29,574 nt of DNA from a virus. Its lineage: Duplodnaviria > Caudoviricetes. Under the pieces are notes generated by a model. It was given only the letters and a program-made list of their open reading frames with translations. It made no database searches and was not told where the DNA came from. Position 1 is the stretch's first letter. Each line of letters begins with the position of its first letter. This document shows, in pieces, positions 27,039-29,574 of the stretch. The stretch spans positions 1 to 29,574 of the IMG/VR virus record IMGVR_UViG_3300012936_000104; one strand, 5' to 3'. Both the position numbers and the translations under genes were made by a program.

Positions 27039-28826
27039 TTAAACCTGTTTATTTCTATTACCGAATAACCACATATATTCTTTGTACTGATCAAGAGTCA
27101 AGTTACCATCACCATTAGGATTCATAGGTATTGTTCCTTGGTCGGTTTTCATAGAACCAATTGCGTCAAACGCAGTTCCATGAGAATAAAAAGATTTCTT
27201 AGTTTCATATGTTCTTTCAGATAATACCCAAGAATCTAACATCGCCTTATTTGCGGTATCGTTCCTTTTTAATTGAGTGAAACAAATGTCACCTACATAC
27301 ATAGCGATAGCCATCGCCATAATAGCGTCATCATGTGCACCTTTCATGTGGTTAGGTCTACCATTGATATAAACAAATGTGTTTAATTCATTAAGTAGTC
27401 TTGAAGATCTCACAATAAAACCATGTCTTAGTCTCTCCTCAAATGCGGCAACTATCTGTGTTCTTTTATTGTTGAAATTAATACCAGGTATCTTTTCTTG
27501 TACCTTTTTGTTATACTTCCAAATGTTGTTTGAATTTACCCCGTCAATATATTGGTCTTTGTAACCCATCTCTTGTAATTTACGAGATGTTGCAATACCC
27601 ATTCCACCTGTTATATCTGTGGCAACAAATGCCTTATACAAAGTACCCCACTTATATACTATTGATGCTAAATCATCGGGGGGTATCTTACCGACATATT
27701 CTGCAACTTGTTCGTTTTCATCAAAATCAATTACACATATTGAAGATGAATCGGCACTATCACCTCGAGAAACATCAACACCCATAATATACCTATGACC
27801 TTCGATAGGTTCTTTCCATAACCAAAAGGTACCCTGCATATATTTTTCGATAGGGTCCTTAATCATAGTTTTCCTTATGTTGTCCTGTACACTGTTTGGG
27901 ATAACACCATCACCAGACCCGAGGAAGTCACACTCCAATTCCTGTGCGATTTTTCTTTTATCATATTTGAATTTTTTTGCCATATTCTCAAACCAATGAG
28001 AATAGGGTTTATATCCTTGTTCGAGTAAATCTTCATAACCTTCCCAACCCTGTTCTAAAATTATTTCATCATCATTATATTGTTCTCTATTCAACATATA
28101 ATGAATAATATCATCAACTCGTATCCACTTCAAGTCACTTGCATATCGAGGATCTTTAAACCACCTTAAGTCTGTAATTTTGAAGTCGTTCATACCTCTT
28201 AGTGCCTGATCATAAACACCGTAGTATATTGGGTCATGTCCGTTAGGTGTTGAAATCAAAATAACTTTACCACCCGTAGATAACGAGGCCATACACGCAG
28301 CCCAAAAATCTTCTCCCGCTTCAATATATGCCGCTTCATCAAATACAAGTACTGTGGGTGTATAACCACGTAATGCGTCTGCGGATGTTGCGACCGCCTT
28401 TACCTCACAACCATTGTTCATTCTGTAACGACTTTCAGAGTTTTTATCTGCGGAGAAACCAACATTGATCCACTCAGGCCATTGTTCTAAGAAACTTCTT
28501 ACTTTGTTAGCCATCTCAATTGCGGTATCTCTCTTGTTCGCAATAATTAGAATTCTTTCAGGATTGTCAGGTTTTGCCGTTTGTATTCTTTTAGATAACC
28601 ATGCTGCAGTTACAGTTGATACACCCGCCTGTCTATATTTACGAGTAATATTTTCATTAAAATTATCGTAATCTTCAATAAGTTGGACTTGATCAGGAAA
28701 TAGTTCTAATGGAACATATGTCTTTTTTGTATTGTCATATGTAGTCAAATACGTTTTTAGTGCGTACGGAGTATCCTTCATAATCTTGGCGTACTCCTTT
28801 AACTGTATTAATTTATGTTTATCCAT
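27039..28826 (-). CDS. Terminase large subunit, T4 gp17-like
   Basis: LFPDQ (Q motif), KYRQAGVST (deviant Walker A), VFDEAAY (Walker B), ISTPNG, QELEC.F, GVDVSRG and HDDAIMA nuclease motifs. Confidence 0.96.
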   Translation of the reverse strand: MDKHKLIQLKEYAKIMKDTPYALKTYLTTYDNTKKTYVPLELFPDQVQLIEDYDNFNENITRKYRQAGVSTVTAAWLSKRIQTAKPDNPERILIIANKRDTAIEMANKVRSFLEQWPEWINVGFSADKNSESRYRMNNGCEVKAVATSADALRGYTPTVLVFDEAAYIEAGEDFWAACMASLSTGGKVILISTPNGHDPIYYGVYDQALRGMNDFKITDLRWFKDPRYASDLKWIRVDDIIHYMLNREQYNDDEIILEQGWEGYEDLLEQGYKPYSHWFENMAKKFKYDKRKIAQELECDFLGSGDGVIPNSVQDNIRKTMIKDPIEKYMQGTFWLWKEPIEGHRYIMGVDVSRGDSADSSSICVIDFDENEQVAEYVGKIPPDDLASIVYKWGTLYKAFVATDITGGMGIATSRKLQEMGYKDQYIDGVNSNNIWKYNKKVQEKIPGINFNNKRTQIVAAFEERLRHGFIVRSSRLLNELNTFVYINGRPNHMKGAHDDAIMAMAIAMYVGDICFTQLKRNDTANKAMLDSWVLSERTYETKKSFYSHGTAFDAIGSMKTDQGTIPMNPNGDGNLTLDQYKEYMWLFGNRNKQV

Positions 28827-28831
28827 ATCCT

Positions 28832-28838
28832 ATAAATA
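28832..28838 (-). promoter_or_regulatory. Putative late promoter motif TATTTAT
   Basis: 5 nt upstream of the terminase ATG, directly after a terminator U-tract. Confidence 0.65.
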
Positions 28839-28839
28839 C

Positions 28840-28865
28840 AAAAAAAGTGGTCCTATGACCACTTT
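28840..28865 (-). terminator. Intrinsic terminator upstream of terminase
   Basis: Minus strand reads AAAGTGGTC-atag-GACCAC followed by T7. Confidence 0.8.
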
Positions 28866-28881
28866 CTATAATTCGTGTAGA

Positions 28882-29574
28882 TTAGTTGTCGTCTTCAGGT
28901 CCTAAGGTTATACCTAAAGACCCTAACAAACCACTTAACCCATCGTCATCATCATTACCAATTTCTCGATTATATTCATCTTCTTCATAATCTTCTCTTT
29001 TTAAGTCTTCGATAATTTGATTGACCATTTTATTTACAATGTCTTTACCAAGTTCACTTCCTCTAAGTATTTCTTTTGCAACTTTGAAGAATTCTTGTGT
29101 GTTCAATGCGGAGAACCTTGAGAATAAGTAGTTTTGTATATATCTTAAATCCTCATCAAATAATTTGTTTGGGTATGACTCATAGAATTTTTCCCAAATA
29201 ATCGGTCCTAATCTTAAATCCCAAATCTCTGATGGTATTGTATCTGTTTTACTCATTACCATTTCTGCAGATCTTGGGTCATCAGGTAAACCTTGTGTAC
29301 CTAAAATTTCCATTACACCTTTGATTAATTCATGTACAAGTGCGGGAAAAAAGACTGCCCTTGCCTTTACAGTTGGTGGGTCAGTTTCAGTATCAATCTC
29401 TTCTTTTCCTGCAAAACCACCTTGTCCAAATTGACCCTCAATAACACCGTCAGGTAATATCCAATACATCAAATCATTTACAGACATTAAAACACCATAT
29501 TGATTAACAATGTTAGGGTTTCTCTCAGTTAACTCATTTGCAACTAATTCAAACATGTAATGTCCTTTTTTAGA
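28882..29574 (-). CDS. Partial hypothetical phage protein (starts beyond right edge)
   Basis: The frame stays open upstream of ATG 29556 to the edge (SKKGHY-MF...); contains LVHELIKG and an acidic tail. Confidence 0.8.
   Translation of the reverse strand, partial: SKKGHYMFELVANELTERNPNIVNQYGVLMSVNDLMYWILPDGVIEGQFGQGGFAGKEEIDTETDPPTVKARAVFFPALVHELIKGVMEILGTQGLPDDPRSAEMVMSKTDTIPSEIWDLRLGPIIWEKFYESYPNKLFDEDLRYIQNYLFSRFSALNTQEFFKVAKEILRGSELGKDIVNKMVNQIIEDLKREDYEEDEYNREIGNDDDDGLSGLLGSLGITLGPEDDN

Noticed and set aside
28610-28645. Terminase Walker A lacking the canonical GKT/S lysine (KYRQAGVST)
   Set aside because: Deviant Walker A motifs with an upstream Lys are known in large terminases and the other motifs are intact, so this is not a pseudogene.
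19679-28826. Introns, inteins or homing endonucleases in terminase, portal or MCP
   Set aside because: The ORFs are uninterrupted and of ordinary length, with no intein or endonuclease motifs seen.
1-29574. Stop-codon reassignment as seen in some large Bacteroidota phages
   Set aside because: Core genes are full length in code 11, and TAA, TAG and TGA all end genes at sensible junctions.
1-29574. tRNA or other structured RNA genes
   Set aside because: Intergenic gaps are under about 100 nt and are accounted for by promoters and terminators; no cloverleaf was seen by eye.

Overview
AT-rich, gene-dense segment of a large T4-like (myovirus-type) phage genome in the standard genetic code, most likely infecting Bacteroidota/Flavobacteriia (Flavobacterium-type bS21, DUF4494-like gene, no Shine-Dalgarno motifs). 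The minus-strand right third is the head/packaging module: large terminase, portal, hypothetical, prohead protease, acidic scaffold and gp23-like major capsid protein, with a ribosomal protein bS21 gene inserted in the opposite orientation. The plus strand carries probable head-packaged proteins (a 6x47-aa repeat protein, a stand-alone WYL-like protein), a metabolic block (three glycosyltransferases, dUTPase, PhoH, degenerate HD and HAD folds), a gp55-like sigma factor, baseplate/structural genes and basic multi-module proteins. Main observations: (i) a C-terminal KR[IM]KxL[LM] tag shared by the scaffold and two unrelated proteins, plus [LIV]-x-E cleavage-like sites, suggesting a scaffold-mimic capsid cargo-loading system whose cargo includes a WYL protein; (ii) a TATTTAT motif 4-23 nt before ten late genes including rpsU, implying near-leaderless late mRNAs; (iii) glycosyltransferases near a mucin-like Pro/Thr protein; (iv) several apparent pseudo-enzymes. 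All family calls come from motif recognition by eye; no searches were run.
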